64,000 nucleotides of DNA, taken from positions 22,568,001 through 22,632,000 of the forward strand of contig NC_083276.1 of NCBI RefSeq assembly GCF_963506605.1, written 5' to 3'. Below, piece by piece: positions 38,026 to 50,494 of this stretch. The notes beneath the pieces were generated by a model, which worked only from the letters and a program-made list of their open reading frames with translations, searched no databases and was not told where the DNA came from. Made by a program: the position numbers and the translations under genes. Position 1 is the stretch's first letter, and every line of letters begins with the position of its first letter. This stretch comes from Zootoca vivipara. Its lineage: Eukaryota.

Positions 38026-39632
38026 GTAATGAAATTTACAGGTATGAAATCTGATAGCAGTAACGGTTTTTGATAAATAAGTGAAAACTGAATATGTGGC
38101 AAGAGGAAATCTTTGGGCCCGATCCATATTTTTCTCTGTGTACAGTCTTCATGGAATCCTTGCTCAGGGGCTCTGTGCTAGAAACACCATTTTGCTGTTG
38201 CCCTTTTAGGTCTCAGGGTCTTGTCTTATGCTTGCTCTACATTGTGAAGCAAAATTGCATCGTTATTTAAGGAGTGCGAGATTAGGATTTGCAAACTTGC
38301 TTTGCATTCATGATTCCGTACCTAATTGGCTGTGCTGCCTCCGTACTTATTTGTTCTATTTATAGAGGAGAAAACATTTTGTCACATTGGTGTTGTGATC
38401 AGCTGCAACAAAGGAAAAATCCAAGATAAACTGCTGATTGCTTTTTTTACCATTAAAATAAAATGTGGCTTTTAATAGGCAACTCTTCTTGTACATAGCA
38501 CGATCCCCCGAGAATCTCTCATAATTTTTAATGTGTGCTACAAGGATGCTTTGAATCCAGCTGGCAAATGGAAGGAAATTTGCTCCCAAATGTCATACTT
38601 GCACTCAACGAGCTGCATTCACTATTCACCATCTGAGTCCCATTTTAATTCCTGAAGTTTCCACGGTGGCAGATCCAACAGCCTGATGGGATTGCGTCCG
38701 GTGATCGTGCCAACATAGAGTTTGTTGAGTTCAGTGAGCTTAAACTGTTCTTTCTCCCTGGTCTTAGCCTGGAAGAGTTAGTCATGTGCCATTTATCATT
38801 GCAAATAGACATGTTTGCTTAGTTGCCCAGAGATCTTGCTCTGTACCTTGAAAACTCCTGATTCATCGGCAGAGTGGTCAGTTACAGCTTTTCCCTGTTC
38901 CTATCCTTGCCTTGACGTCTGCCTTCTTCCCCTGCAGCATGGAAGGAGTCTGGCTTGTTAGAGCCGGCAAGGGAACAGGGCGCACGATTGGAGCCCGATG
39001 CATCTGGAATCTTAATGATCTGGGACAGATCTCCATTGGCAAGACAGATCAGCTTAGGCTGTGGTGCCCATTTGTAATAATTACTTTAAAAAACATTTTT
39101 GGTTGAGGATCTCTGCAGTGTACTCTTGCTCATTTGTTCTGTTCCAAACATAATTTTAAAAAATAAACACAGATGCCTCTCAGGTTGCGCTTTCCCCCCC
39201 CCCCCATTCTCAGACCTCAGTCTCTTCACCCATAACTTTTTAATGAGGCACATAAGGCGCTCAGAAAGGTTCAGGAACTGGCCTCTGGCAAAAATAAGCA
39301 CAAGGTCTCAGCTCTGACCTCTGAGACTGCAATCCCAAGATGCACTAATTTGGTCGCCAGCGTCCTTGAACTCTGTGGGACTTTCTCTTTGAGTTAGTAT
39401 TCTAGGAACATGCTGTGTGTCTGTGGGCTGCGAAGCAAGCAGTATCTATAGACTGCTATTCCAAACACTTATTGAAGCAAGTGCTAAGTAATACTGTATT
39501 TGCGCAGTTCAGGAAAAAGGTTTTGAAGCCTGTGATGATACCGTGATCCAGGGGTTTGGCTGAGAAAAGCTTGCCCCCCTTCCTCCTTTGCCCTTTGGAA
39601 AAGACTCACAGTTTCCACTATTGCTTTTAAAG

Positions 39633-40092
39633 ATACAGGAGAAGAAGCAACTTCTGTCTTGGCGTTGATCCAAGGAGGCAACATATTGCCTGGGAGAGTT
39701 CCTCAGCGGAGAAAAAGCCCTCCCATAAGCGGCCTGAGCGTTACTTTGCCAAAGGTGGCCGGAAGCTGTTGAATGCGGATGGCATCCCCGTCAGCACAAA
39801 AAGTCAAGGCTCTTTGTCTGGCCCAACTGCTTGGATACCCATTTCGGAGCAGGACTCAGCTGATGTTCTGGCCACAGGCTGGGCAAATCCTCTTGGGATT
39901 TATGATCCAGGGACCACGTTGTGGCTGCAAGGGAAGGGGCCCCCTGAGCACGATTCACGAAAGCCGCAGGAAGCGCAAGAGAGCTCTGAGAATGGGGATT
40001 CCCGCCTCCTGGCCAGAGTGGAGGACTATAACAGGAAGGTCAGAGAGGACCCTGGAGATATCAAAGCATGGATGGATTTTGTTTCTTTTCAG
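39633..40092 (+). CDS. NRDE2: NRDE2 coding exon 5 (...NPLGIYD...WMDFVSFQ)
   Basis: Boundaries ttaaag| and |gtacgt. Open frame with NRDE2-like peptide. Confidence 0.93.
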
Positions 40093-40532
40093 GTACGTGT
40101 CTCTTTTAAAAAATGTAAAGTTGCAGTATGATTTATTTTTAAAGACACTGGGATTCACCCAATGTGTTCCATTGGCAGAAGCCCTGAACAAGGACTTCCA
40201 GGTGTGCAGCAAGGCTTTCCGCTGCCCCTCCTGCTGCATGCCCCTCCATGTCCCCCCCCCCCAAATTGGCTCTGGGCAGATGAGTGGGTGTCAGGAGAAC
40301 AGCAGGGGGGAGGGAGGGGTGATCGTTTCGTCTGCCAAGCTGAAAATTTGGTGCAGATGGAGTATTTGTAGTAGTGTGATGTTGGATTTGACCCTGTGGA
40401 TGAAGACAGAAAGCTGGCGTTCAACAAAGTTTAACTCAAAAGTTGGTTAGACCAATGGTGCTTACATAATGCCAAGCTTGCAGGTTCCATCACTGTTTGG
40501 GACGGTTGCATGTTCCTGCATTGTAAGGGGGC

Positions 40533-40960
40533 ATTTATTTATTTATTTATTGCATTTATATACCACCCTATACCTGGGGGTCTTAGGGCGGCTCACAGAG
40601 AAAAACCAAGATACAAAACCACAAAATATACAATAAAAACAAAAACAACAACCCTATAGCCCCCCCTCAACCCACATTTTAAAAAGGCATAGGGTGTCAA
40701 TCAGATCAACCAAAGTCCTGGTTAAAAAGGAACGTTTTTGGCTGGCGCCTGAAGGTGTATAATGAAGGCGCCAGACAAACTTCCCTGGGGAGAGCATTCC
40801 ACAGACAGGAAGCCACTGCAGAGAAGGCCTGTTTTCATGTTGCCACCCTCCGGACCTCTTGAGGAGATGGCACACGAAGGAGGGCCTCAGAAGATGATCT
40901 CAGGGTCCGGGTAGGTTCATATGGAAAGAGGTGGTTTTGAGGTATTGCGGTCCTGAGCTG
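40533..40960 (-). mobile_element. L2-like 3' fragment (different subfamily) inserted into a SINE
   Basis: Antisense L2 3' ORF and UTR. It splits a tRNA-headed SINE (40430-40532 plus 40961-41013). Confidence 0.7.
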
Positions 40961-41218
40961 TTGGACTAGATGATCCTCAGGGTCCCTTCCAACTCTACAA
41001 TTCTGTGATTCTAAGTTAGGTCCAGTACCTTGTCCTCACAGTGGCCAACCACATGCCTAAGGGGAGTCCACAACAGACTCCATCCTGCTTTTATGGGATG
41101 CTTGAGTCCCCTTTAAGCCCTTTCTCCCATCCGAACTGCAACAGCAGAGATTTCTTGCTGTGCAAAGTAGCTGCCAGTTTGCTTTCTACCGCTCCTTTTA
41201 TTTTACTTTTTTTGAAAG

Positions 41219-41624
41219 GATGAAGTCATGAGAGGCCCCAGCTGCTATGCCATCAGCGAGGGAGAACGGGAAACGAGGAAGGTGTCCCTCAAGCTCATCT
41301 TGGAGAAGAAGCTGGCCATTCTGGAAAGAGCTATTGAGAGCAACCCAAACAACGCTGACCTGAAACTGGCCCGGCTGAAGCTTTGCACAGAGTTTTGGGA
41401 GCCGTCGGCTGTGATCAAGGAATGGCAGAAATTGGTGTTCTTGCATCCAAACAACCCGGCCCTGTGGCAGAAATATCTCCTGTTCTGCCAGAGTCAGTTC
41501 AGCACCTTTGCAGTTTCCAAAGTTCACAGTCTCTACGGGAAATGCCTGAGTACTTTGTCAGCGGTGCACGATGGCAGTATGGTGTCTCATCCAGCCCTGC
41601 CGCACACAGAGGAAGCCATGCTGG
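41219..41624 (+). CDS. NRDE2: NRDE2 coding exon 6 (DEVM...LEKKLAILERAIESN...)
   Basis: Highly conserved NRDE2 peptide. Boundaries tgaaag| and |gtgaga. Confidence 0.96.
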
Positions 41625-41636
41625 GTGAGAGCATCA

Positions 41637-41905
41637 TAACAACAACAACAACAGCAACAACAACAGCAACAACAACAACGATTTTATTATTTATACCTCG
41701 TCCATCTGGCTGGGTTTCCCCAGCCACTCTGGGCAGCTTACAGCACATAAAAATTGTAAAACATTAGACGTTAATTATTTTCTGATACAAGGTTGCCTTC
41801 AGATGTCTTCTAAAAGTCAGATAGTTGTTTATTTCCTTGACATCTGATGGGAAGGTGTTCCACAGGATGGGTGCCACTACCGGGGAGGCCCTCTGCCTGG
41901 TTCCC
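41637..41905 (-). mobile_element. L2 3' end abutting NRDE2 exon 6
   Basis: Antisense L2 3' UTR. Its (AAC)n tail starts 12 nt into the intron. Confidence 0.82.
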
Positions 41906-42206
41906 ATCTCTTGTCTTGCCCGTCCGTCATCTCTTAAAGACCACCACTTACTTCCCCTCTTTTTGACATGGAAACAGTGATATTCTTCAGCGACCTGTTA
42001 AAGCAAATAATGTTGTGGGAGGTACATTACGTGACAAAGAGAGAGAGAGCCTTCTCTGTGAATCTTTTCCAATCCAAGGTCACATGACAGTGAGGCCAGA
42101 AGCAAAAATGGGTGGATCAATGAATGTATCTATATGCAGTAGGTTTTGCTTCTGTATGCGCTCAACACAACCCTCTTTTGGGCTCCAACCTTCCTCCTGT
42201 TAACCT

Positions 42207-42390
42207 TAGAATCATAGAATTGTAGAGTTGGAAGGGATCCTGAGGGTCATTCAGTCCAACCCTCCAATGCAGGAATCTAAGCACACGGTGGTCTCCCATC
42301 CGCTTTGAAACCAGACCAGACCCTGCTTAGCTTTGCAAACATGCCAGCAGTTTTATTGCCGCACCACCAGAGTCTGCGGTGGTGCTAAAC
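42207..42390 (-). mobile_element. SINE with a 5S rRNA-derived segment and CR1-like tail
   Basis: 42287-42333 (- strand) matches the 5S internal control region at about 38/47 nt by hand. ATTCTATG-type tail. Confidence 0.7.
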
Positions 42391-42844
42391 GCTACAGTGT
42401 TTGCAAGCAGCGGAGCCAATTAGTTTTGACACGGCTGTAAAAAATAATGCCGCTGTGGGGAAAGATCGCCGTCGGTTTGAGGATTTGTGAATGCTCCTTC
42501 TTAACCACACTGCTAACTTCGACTAGATTTGACTTGACAGGGTCCCATTTACTTATTAAGGAAATTACACAATTGTCAGTCATTTATGGCTATATCAAAT
42601 GTCTAGCCCTGTTACGAAGATCCTGTTGGATTCAGCCAGCTTCAGATGACAGTCTCTGATCAGTGCTGGCAATGTCTGCAAACCAAGATATGCTGAAGGC
42701 CTCTGCCCCCTAGCGTTTGGCTCGTTGCACTGCTTGCCGCAACAAAACTTGCCAAACAAATGTGGAACCTGGTCATTTTAGACCCGTCTGTGCGCTCGCA
42801 GAGGGCCTTCAGCACCTAGAGGTTCTTAAGAGTTTAGTTTATGG

Positions 42845-43283
42845 ATAACACCGGTCCTGAGAGATCTACACTGGCTCCCAGTACGTTTTCGAGCACAATT
42901 CAAAGTGTTGGTGTTGACCTTTAAAGCCCTAAACAGCCTCGGTCCTGTATACCTGAAGGAGTGTCTCCACCCCCACCGTTCAGCCCGGACACAGATTCAG
43001 CGCCGAGGGCCTTCTGGCGGTTCCCTCATTGCGAGAAGTGAGGTTACAGGGAACCAGGCAGAGGGCCTTCTCGGTAGCAGTACCCGCCCTGTGGAACGCC
43101 CTTCCATCAGATTTCAAGGAAATAAGCAGCTATCCTAATTTTAAAAGACATCTGAATGCAGTCCTGTTTAGGGAAGCTTTTAATATTTGATGCTGTATTG
43201 TTTTAATATTCGATTGGGAGCCGCCCAGAGTGGCTGGGGAGACTCAGCCAGATGGGCGGGGTATAAATAATAAATTATTATTA
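42845..43283 (+). mobile_element. L2 3' fragment
   Basis: LHWLP..RAQFKVLVLTFKALN peptide followed by the 3' UTR. Confidence 0.88.
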
Positions 43284-43681
43284 TGGAGTGCGGTTACCTG
43301 TTGGCAAAGCACAGTGCAGAGCATGTGCATTGGATCCCCGGTTCAAGACAGCTGTCAGAAACCCTGGATTCCTGCTGCCAGTCAGAATAGACAGCTTTCT
43401 ACATCCCTAAGCTTTAATTCGTCCCACCTCCTGTCCAGAGATGAATAGTATTTTAGTTCAGTCCCTTGATTGTCAGTTGCTTCCTTTTCTGTTCCTAATG
43501 TGTAAGCTGAGTAGTTATCAAGCTTTTAAGGCCACAATATATTTTCATTTAAAAAAACCAATTATAAACCTCTTCCTCCTGAAACACATTTACGCACTCC
43601 TGCCATGTTCTTCCCTGTTTCTTATTCAGTTCCCAGTGACGCTTCCCTTGCTATTTCCTCCTTCATAAGGACACCTCTACT

Positions 43682-44037
43682 GGTGCTCCCAAGTGGCCTA
43701 AACCACTGAGCCTCTTGGGCTTGCCAATCAGAAGGTCGGTGGCTCATTTCCCCGCGACGGTGGTGAGCTGCCGATGCTCTGTCCCAGCTCCTGCCAACCT
43801 AGCAGTTCGAAAGCACACCAGTGCAAGTAGATATATAGGTACTGCTGCGGCGGGAAGGTAAACGGAATTTCTGTGCGCTCTGACTTCTGTCACGGTGTTC
43901 TTTTGCACCAGAAGCGGTTTAGACATGCTGGCCACATGACCCGGAAAGCTGTCTGTGGACAAACACCAGCTCCCGTTGCCTGAAAGCAAGATGAGCGCCA
44001 CACCCCATAGTCGCCTTTGGGGTCCTTTCCCTTTCCT
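43682..44037 (+). mobile_element. Sauria SINE
   Basis: Characteristic head, core and tail. Confidence 0.88.
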
Positions 44038-44368
44038 TGCTCCCAAGAGCAGCCAGCCAGCTGCCTCTGGGTGCCTCCAAGTTACAGTTCGTTTACCTAC
44101 ACTGAGATTTTGGTAAAATGCAGATTCGTTTAAATGATTGGTTAATCGCATTAATGGGAGGTTTACTTTTAATATGAAATTAAGACTTCAGTTGGCCCCA
44201 ACCTCTTATTTCTCCAAGCGGGGAGTATAAAAGGCACAACATTCATTCTCATTTAATGCGATCACCATAATGCAGCTTCTTGTGTGACTCGATGAAAGTG
44301 GCAAAGGGAAGGCAGACCCAAGTCTCTTGGCGCCCTCTGTGTGAAACGTTGCCTCTCTTTCCTTCCAG

Positions 44369-44502
44369 CCATCTTCCTTCAGCAGTGCCATTTCCTCCGG
44401 CAGGCCGGCCATTCGGAGAAAGCAATATCGTTGTTCCAGGCCCTGATTGACTTCACCTTCCTGAAACCAGATAGCGTAAGGGAACTGCCAACAAGGCGGC
44501 AG
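44369..44502 (+). CDS. NRDE2: NRDE2 coding exon 7 (FLQQCHFLRQAGHSEKAISLFQA)
   Basis: Conserved peptide. Boundaries ttccag| and |gtaaga. Confidence 0.96.
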
Positions 44503-46341
44503 GTAAGAGGAGGCAATTGTATTCTCCATCGCACGCTCTAACCCTGCTCTGTATCTTTTCATCTGCACTGCTTTGTTCCCCCATCTCCCCTCCCCCAGTT
44601 GTTTCCTCTTGTTCTCCTCCTTCCCTCCTACATAATAAAGCAAAATAGAGCAGCTCAGGGATAAATCTGGGTTTCTGTAACTGTAAAAAAAAAAAACTGC
44701 AGAATGTACAAATGTTCATGACCTGCTTGTATTATTTTAATAATAAAAACTTAACACTTGTGCAGTACTGCCTACTTGTCATCCCTTGCAACAATCCTGT
44801 AAGGTAATCCAGTATTATCATCTCCCATGCTGCATATGAGGGTACTGAGCCTGATAGAGAATGGCTTGCCTGCAGCTACCTAGTGAGTTCGTGGCAAAGG
44901 CAAGATTCGAATGGTGAACATGCTGATTCACAGCCCAGTCTCTTTAGTCAGTATGTTCTGGGATTATTTTGTGCCGAGATGCTTCTTTTGACCATGAGGC
45001 CTGAAACGCAGCATGATCAAGGAAATGATATTGCTTTCGGGGTTTGTTTGTTTTGCCATTCTTTTGCCTTCCTACAAAAGGAGGGGGGAAATAACAAAAC
45101 AGCAATACTACAATACTGCGGGTGCATAGGTGTTTAGAAGCAGAGAAACAGCTACTGGTTTGCAAGAAAAGAACTATTAGCTGGTTTATGGGAGATATTC
45201 CCCAAACTACCAAGGTTTCTGTCTGCAAACCCAAACGTTAGTGCTTGGTGGCAGAGCGACTTGGGAGTGGTGGGGGTTTCACTTGCGATATATATCACGA
45301 TATATATCACGGTCTGGCCATCATACCGGTCCTGGGTGATGTATTGATACACCGCCCAGGCCTAGTCCTATCAGTGCAAAGAAGAACCCCCTGGCTGTTT
45401 CAGCTCTGACCTCTTTACCGTGACTATTTGGGTTATTTAAAGGCCACCATGACTCCCATGCCTCCCAAAATAACACCATTTGCTTTGTTTTGTGTTCCCC
45501 CCTGTATCCTGATGGGATCAATGACCTGCCTAGGAAGCCATCAATCTTGCTGGAGATGACTATCTCTCTTTTGGCTTGCTTCAGTCTCTGACTCACCCTT
45601 TGAATGTGTGAATAAGCTAGAAGTTGAAATGAGTTCAGAGGTTGTTATCCCAGGGTAGTAACTCATTGTTCAGAGATGCCTTTTCTCTGCGACAGCCATT
45701 AGTTGCATGTGGCTTAGTGAGTGTTGCAGCAACACAGGCAGCCCATAGCATGTGGCCTCGCAGCTCACGAAGGGGTCGCGACTCCTAATTTCAAGGATTT
45801 GGAACAGTGTCCTAATCTGCAGCCCCTGAACACAGAGAAGGGAGGCTTTGCTTAGCAATAAATAGCATAATAATTGAATTCAGCTTGGAACATCTTTTGT
45901 GCATATTAGGACTGCTTTGTTATTTATAGTTTTGAATTCCAACGAGGCTAAATTTAAAATATATTGGTAGTAAGTATAGTTCCTCTCCAAGTTAGAGCAA
46001 CAAACTGGAGACCGAAAAAGGAAATGTCACAGGGATGCCTGCCTTTAACTAGATCCATCCCTACCATTTCATTACTGGTTTCCCAGCTTAGGTTGAACTT
46101 GATGTTTAGTGTGCCCATGCCACTGGGAATGAAAAGTAGAAGTATCGCCTTTTCTGTTTTGTGCTGCTATAGGCTAAGCAAGTTTACATATAATTCACCA
46201 CCACCACTAGTTGGCTCCAGCCTTCAGTTAAACCCACTAGTATTTTCCTTTCAGCAAGAAGAAATGGTGCAGCTATAACCCAGATTATGCCTCAGAATGA
46301 AAGGCTTCTTTCCTGTAATGAGTTTCTTAACAGGGTTGTGG

Positions 46342-46358
46342 TAATAGTAGTAGTAGTA

Positions 46359-46408
<50 letters not shown>

Positions 46409-47096
46409 TTATACCCCACCCATCTGGCTGGGTTTCCCCAGCCACTCTGGGAGGCTTACAGCATATTTAAAAAATTGTAAAACATCAGACATAAAAAAAT
46501 TCCCTATACAGGGCTGCCTTCAGGTGATTCTAAAAGTTAGATAGTTCTTTATTTCCTTGACATCTGATGGGAGGGTGTTCCGCAGGGTGGGTACCACTAC
46601 CAAAAAGGCCCTCTGCCTGGTTCCCTGTAACTTCACTTCTCGCAGTGATGGAACTGCTAGAATACTCTCAGAGCTGGACCTCAGTGTCCGGGCTGAACAA
46701 TGAGGGTGGAGACGCTCCTTCGGGTATACTGGGCCAAGGCAATTTAGGGCTTTAAAGGTCAGCACCAAACACTTTGAATTGTGCTCAGAAACGTAGTGGG
46801 AGCCAATGTAGGTCTTTCAAGACCGGTGTTATATGGTCTCGGCGACCACTCCCAGTCACCAGTCTAGCTGTCACATTCTGGATTAGTTGTAGTTTCTGGG
46901 TCACCTTCAAAGGTAGCCCCACATAGAGCACATTGCAGTTGTCCCAAGCGGGAGATAATCAGATCATGCACCACTCTGGTGAGACAACCTGCAGGCAGGT
47001 AGGGTCTCAGCCTGTGTAACAGATGGAGCTGGTAGACAGCTGCCCTGGACACAGAATTGACCTGCACCTCCATGGACAGCGGTGATTCCAAAATGG
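46342..47096 (-). mobile_element. L2 3' fragment
   Basis: Antisense copy of 7110-7790 with an (ATT)n tail. Confidence 0.88.
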
Positions 47097-47426
47097 CTCT
47101 TCAAATGCTGTGAAGTCCATGTTTTAAAGTTTGTTGTAGACATGAACTTGGCAGCTCAGCTTGGATGAAAAACTAGCCTTCTAGTAGACTCATGCTCCCC
47201 TCCTTTCCCTTTTAAAGAGGTACTTACCTTTAATTTTGTGACTTTTTTTTTTAAAAAAAAGTGGAACCATGAATTGGCAACACCTCTCTTAAGTCAACCA
47301 GATACTTGTAAAATTGACTTATCAGTTGAACTAGCGAAACACATCTCCAGATTCTTTTGCACATATAACGTTGCAGTTCTGTGTATCAGACTGAAGAATG
47401 TGTGTTTCTTTATCCTCAAACTTTAG

Positions 47427-47550
47427 GTGGAGTTCTTTGAGCCGTTTTGGGACAGTGGCGAGCCTCGGATTGGAGAAAAAGGAGCGAAAGGCTGGAAGGC
47501 CTGGATGCACCAACAAGAAAAGGGTGGCTGGGTTGCCATCATTCCACCTG
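47427..47550 (+). CDS. NRDE2: NRDE2 coding exon 8 (VEFFEPFWDSGEPRIGEKGAKGW)
   Basis: Conserved FWDSGEPR motif. Boundaries ctttag| and |gtaaga. Confidence 0.96.
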
Positions 47551-47551
47551 G

Positions 47552-47955
47552 TAAGAACATAAGGAGAGCTCTGCAGAATCAGGCCAGCGGCCCATCTCGT
47601 CTAGCATCTCTTCTTACGAGATGGGCCGCTGGCCTGATTCTGCTTGGCCAACCAGATGCTCATGGGGAGCCTGCAAGCTTGCTCCTTGCTTACAGTGCTC
47701 GGAAATGGGTATTCAGGGTCACACTGCTTCTGACAGTATGGAGGTAGACTATAGCTATCATGGCTCTCAGCCATTGATAGCCATTAACTTATCTGTGCCC
47801 ATTTTAAAGGCATCCAAGTTGGTGGCCATCAGTACATCTTATAGGAGATAATTCTATAGTTTCTGCTGTGCGAAGAAGTGCTTTCTTATTTTCTCTTTTC
47901 TGAATCTTCCGACATCTTCATTGGATGTCCTAGGCTCTAATATTGTGAGAGGAGC
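47552..47955 (-). mobile_element. CR1 3' end starting at the NRDE2 exon 8 donor
   Basis: taagaacataag tail followed by antisense CR1 3' UTR and ORF end. Confidence 0.65.
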
Positions 47956-48252
47956 AAGCAGGAGCTCACTTTATGCTCCTAGCTGTTTCTTTGTAGCTGC
48001 CTCCTCACATAGCCCCCATCATGGACTAGGAGTTCTCCACCTTTGCCTTACTGCAACTTAAGCTGAGATATGTGCAATTCACACAATCAGATACTGTTTC
48101 TCTCCATACTTCTGTGTCCCCCCCCACCCCACAACATCTCTGTAATTTTCTGGTGTCTGTTATAGATTAGGATCTCTGCCTTACCATATATTTGTTAAGC
48201 ATCACATACATAGATGGTGCTGTATTAAATTATAATATAATAATAAATTTGT

Positions 48253-48315
48253 AAGCCTTTGTGGCACCACAAGACTCCTTGTTGTCTTTGCTGCAACATG
48301 GTAACGCGGCTACCG
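48253..48315 (+). mobile_element. Penelope-like terminal fragment
   Basis: ccacaagactccttgttgtctttgctgcaaca...aacgcggctacc resembles the PLE terminus seen in the two fold-back copies. Confidence 0.45.
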
Positions 48316-48502
48316 CCACCCTGCAAAATTGCCACGTCGGCCTAAAGAAATTGGCAGGAATTCAATGAGGCTACTTGAATTTTATGAGCTTTTTTTGGGA
48401 GGGGGGAATTGCTGCCCTTTAGCAGCTTGAAAGCCTGGAGTTGATGGGATTGAATAGGCCAGATTTTGAAAACCTGCTGGTGTGTTTTTGGCTTCTTGGC
48501 AG

Positions 48503-48675
48503 ATGAAGATGAGGAAGAGGCGGAGGAGGAGGAAGAAATAAAGGATAGAACTTTACCCAAGTGGCAAAACTGGCTGCATGTTGAACGTTCTCGTGAAGGA
48601 AGGCACTGGCTGCCTTGGCGGCCGGACAAAACCAAGAAGGAGACAGTAGATGATTGTGAAGATCCAGAGAGACAG
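48503..48675 (+). CDS. NRDE2: NRDE2 coding exon 9 (acidic stretch, HWLPWRP, DCEDPERQ)
   Basis: Conserved peptide. Boundaries tggcag| and |gtgggt. Confidence 0.95.
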
Positions 48676-49232
48676 GTGGGTGTCCTAGGGGTGTTGTTCC
48701 GCCCCCTTGATCATTGTTGTTGGCCTGTTCTGTTGTGGAGCTCATGCTTTTCTCGGAGGCTTCCCACAGGCATCTGGAACAGGAAAATAGACTAGATAGG
48801 CCTTTGGCTTGATAGAAGTTTGTAAAATTATGCATAACACGGAGAGAAAGTGGTCCTGTGGCCCCTTCAGATGTGCTGGACTGCAACTCCTGCCATCCTC
48901 TTGACCATTGGTCCTGCTTACTGGGGCTGATGGGAATTGGAATCCAGCAACCTATTGAAGGCCAGTGGCCTATTGCTTTCCTTCTTAGCCCTGCTGCTAC
49001 TTCCACATCCTTCTCCTGTTCTTTTCCCCATTTTCAAATTTTAAATTGTAAGCTCCTCAGGACAGGGACCTGGCCTCTTCCACTCACCAAGTAACGTCGT
49101 AGGCTTGTTTTATGCTTGCATTTTTTCTTGTCCTCTGAATTCCACTTCTTGAATGGTTTCTAGGATTATTCCGTTTTCTGTCTAAAATTCCTTCCCTTCG
49201 TACCTAACTGCATTTTTATGTGTGCTTAACAG

Positions 49233-49619
49233 GTCCTGTTTGATGACCTTGGTCCATCGCTAATACAAATTTCCAGCCCAGATCTTCAGTTTCAGCTGCT
49301 CTGCTCGTTTCTGCAATTCTTAGGTGTCCCATGTAGCTGTGGCCTCCTTCCTTCCTTCCTCTACACAGCAATGGATGAGAACAACATCTTTGAGGATCAG
49401 CAGCATGGCCAACGACCTCTGACTTCTTTTGACCTGTCACTTCCTGGAGTCAGTAGAATTGGCCAGATGGGCTCGATGCTCCAAGGAGTTAGACGTATTG
49501 GCCACCCCAAAGAAGGGGAGGAGTTCATACAGAATTTCTTCCATATGATTCTGCCTCTGCTTTCAGGAAAAGAAAAATCCAATCTATCCAACTTTTGGCT
49601 TCAGTATGAAGTCTCTAAG
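49233..49619 (+). CDS. NRDE2: NRDE2 coding exon 10 (VLFDDLG...WLQYEVSK)
   Basis: Boundaries taacag| and |gtaagt. 387 nt, in frame. Confidence 0.94.
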
Positions 49620-50219
49620 GTAAGTTGGGATTTTATTTTTAAATTCTTCTGTCGCCTTGTACGAACAGCAAATGTACAAATATTAGCAAGGCTCCCCCTT
49701 GGCTGCAGCTAAGCCTGGTGAGTGCCTGATTCGGTGACCATCCGGGAACTGTCTTGGGTTCTGTGATGGAACAAGGCAGGATACACTCGTAAAATAATGA
49801 ATCATCTCTGTAACAAACACCAGACACTCTGGGGTGGTTTGCCCTGGCTAGCTGAGGATCCCCTAGAAATTCTAGGATCTAGGCAATAATAGCAAAATAC
49901 ATTTGGGTAAAATTATCCCTAAAGCACTCCAAAAACACGAAGCCATTGAGGTTAACCCTTCCTTTCCTGCCCCCACCCCATAGTTTTGTTTTCCTGCTCT
50001 CCACAATCTTTCCCATCTAGTCAACTGAATTGTCTGGCCTATATCTTGCGACCATTTTATGGTCCTTTCTTTTAGGATCTCTCCTTTCAGTTCCCATTCA
50101 AGAAGTAAATTTTACATTCTTGAGATGATTTTCTTACTTGGTTGAATAAGTTCACTTTGCAGTTTTGAGGTTTTTTTGTTCAAATCCTATTTTCTTATTG
50201 TGGCTAAAGATATGCACTA

Positions 50220-50445
50220 CAGTGGTACCTCTACTTACGAATGTTTCTACTTACGAATGGAGCTCTGTCCGCCATCTTGGATGTGGTTTAGATAGGATTT
50301 TTTCTACTTACGAATTTTTAGATAGGGTTGCTTCTACTTACGAATTTTTTCTCCCAATGCATTCCTATGGGATTCGACATACAATTTTTTTGACTTACAA
50401 ATGTGCATTCGGAACGCATTAAATTCATAAGTAGAGGTACCACTG
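50220..50445. mobile_element. Tc1/mariner-type MITE nested in L1 (sister of 34652-34899)
   Basis: Same TIR and body, TA duplication. Confidence 0.9.
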
Positions 50446-50494
50446 TATCTGATAATATTGTAACCAGCTGTTGCAAAAGGTTTTTATTGCCTCA

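Noticed and set aside
42287-42333. Functional 5S rRNA gene
   Set aside because: Only part of 5S is present, it is diverged, and it is fused to a LINE-like tail.
42701-42720. CTCF-like motif (another near 31741-31756)
   Set aside because: Partial consensus matches only; these cannot be supported without a PWM score or ChIP data.
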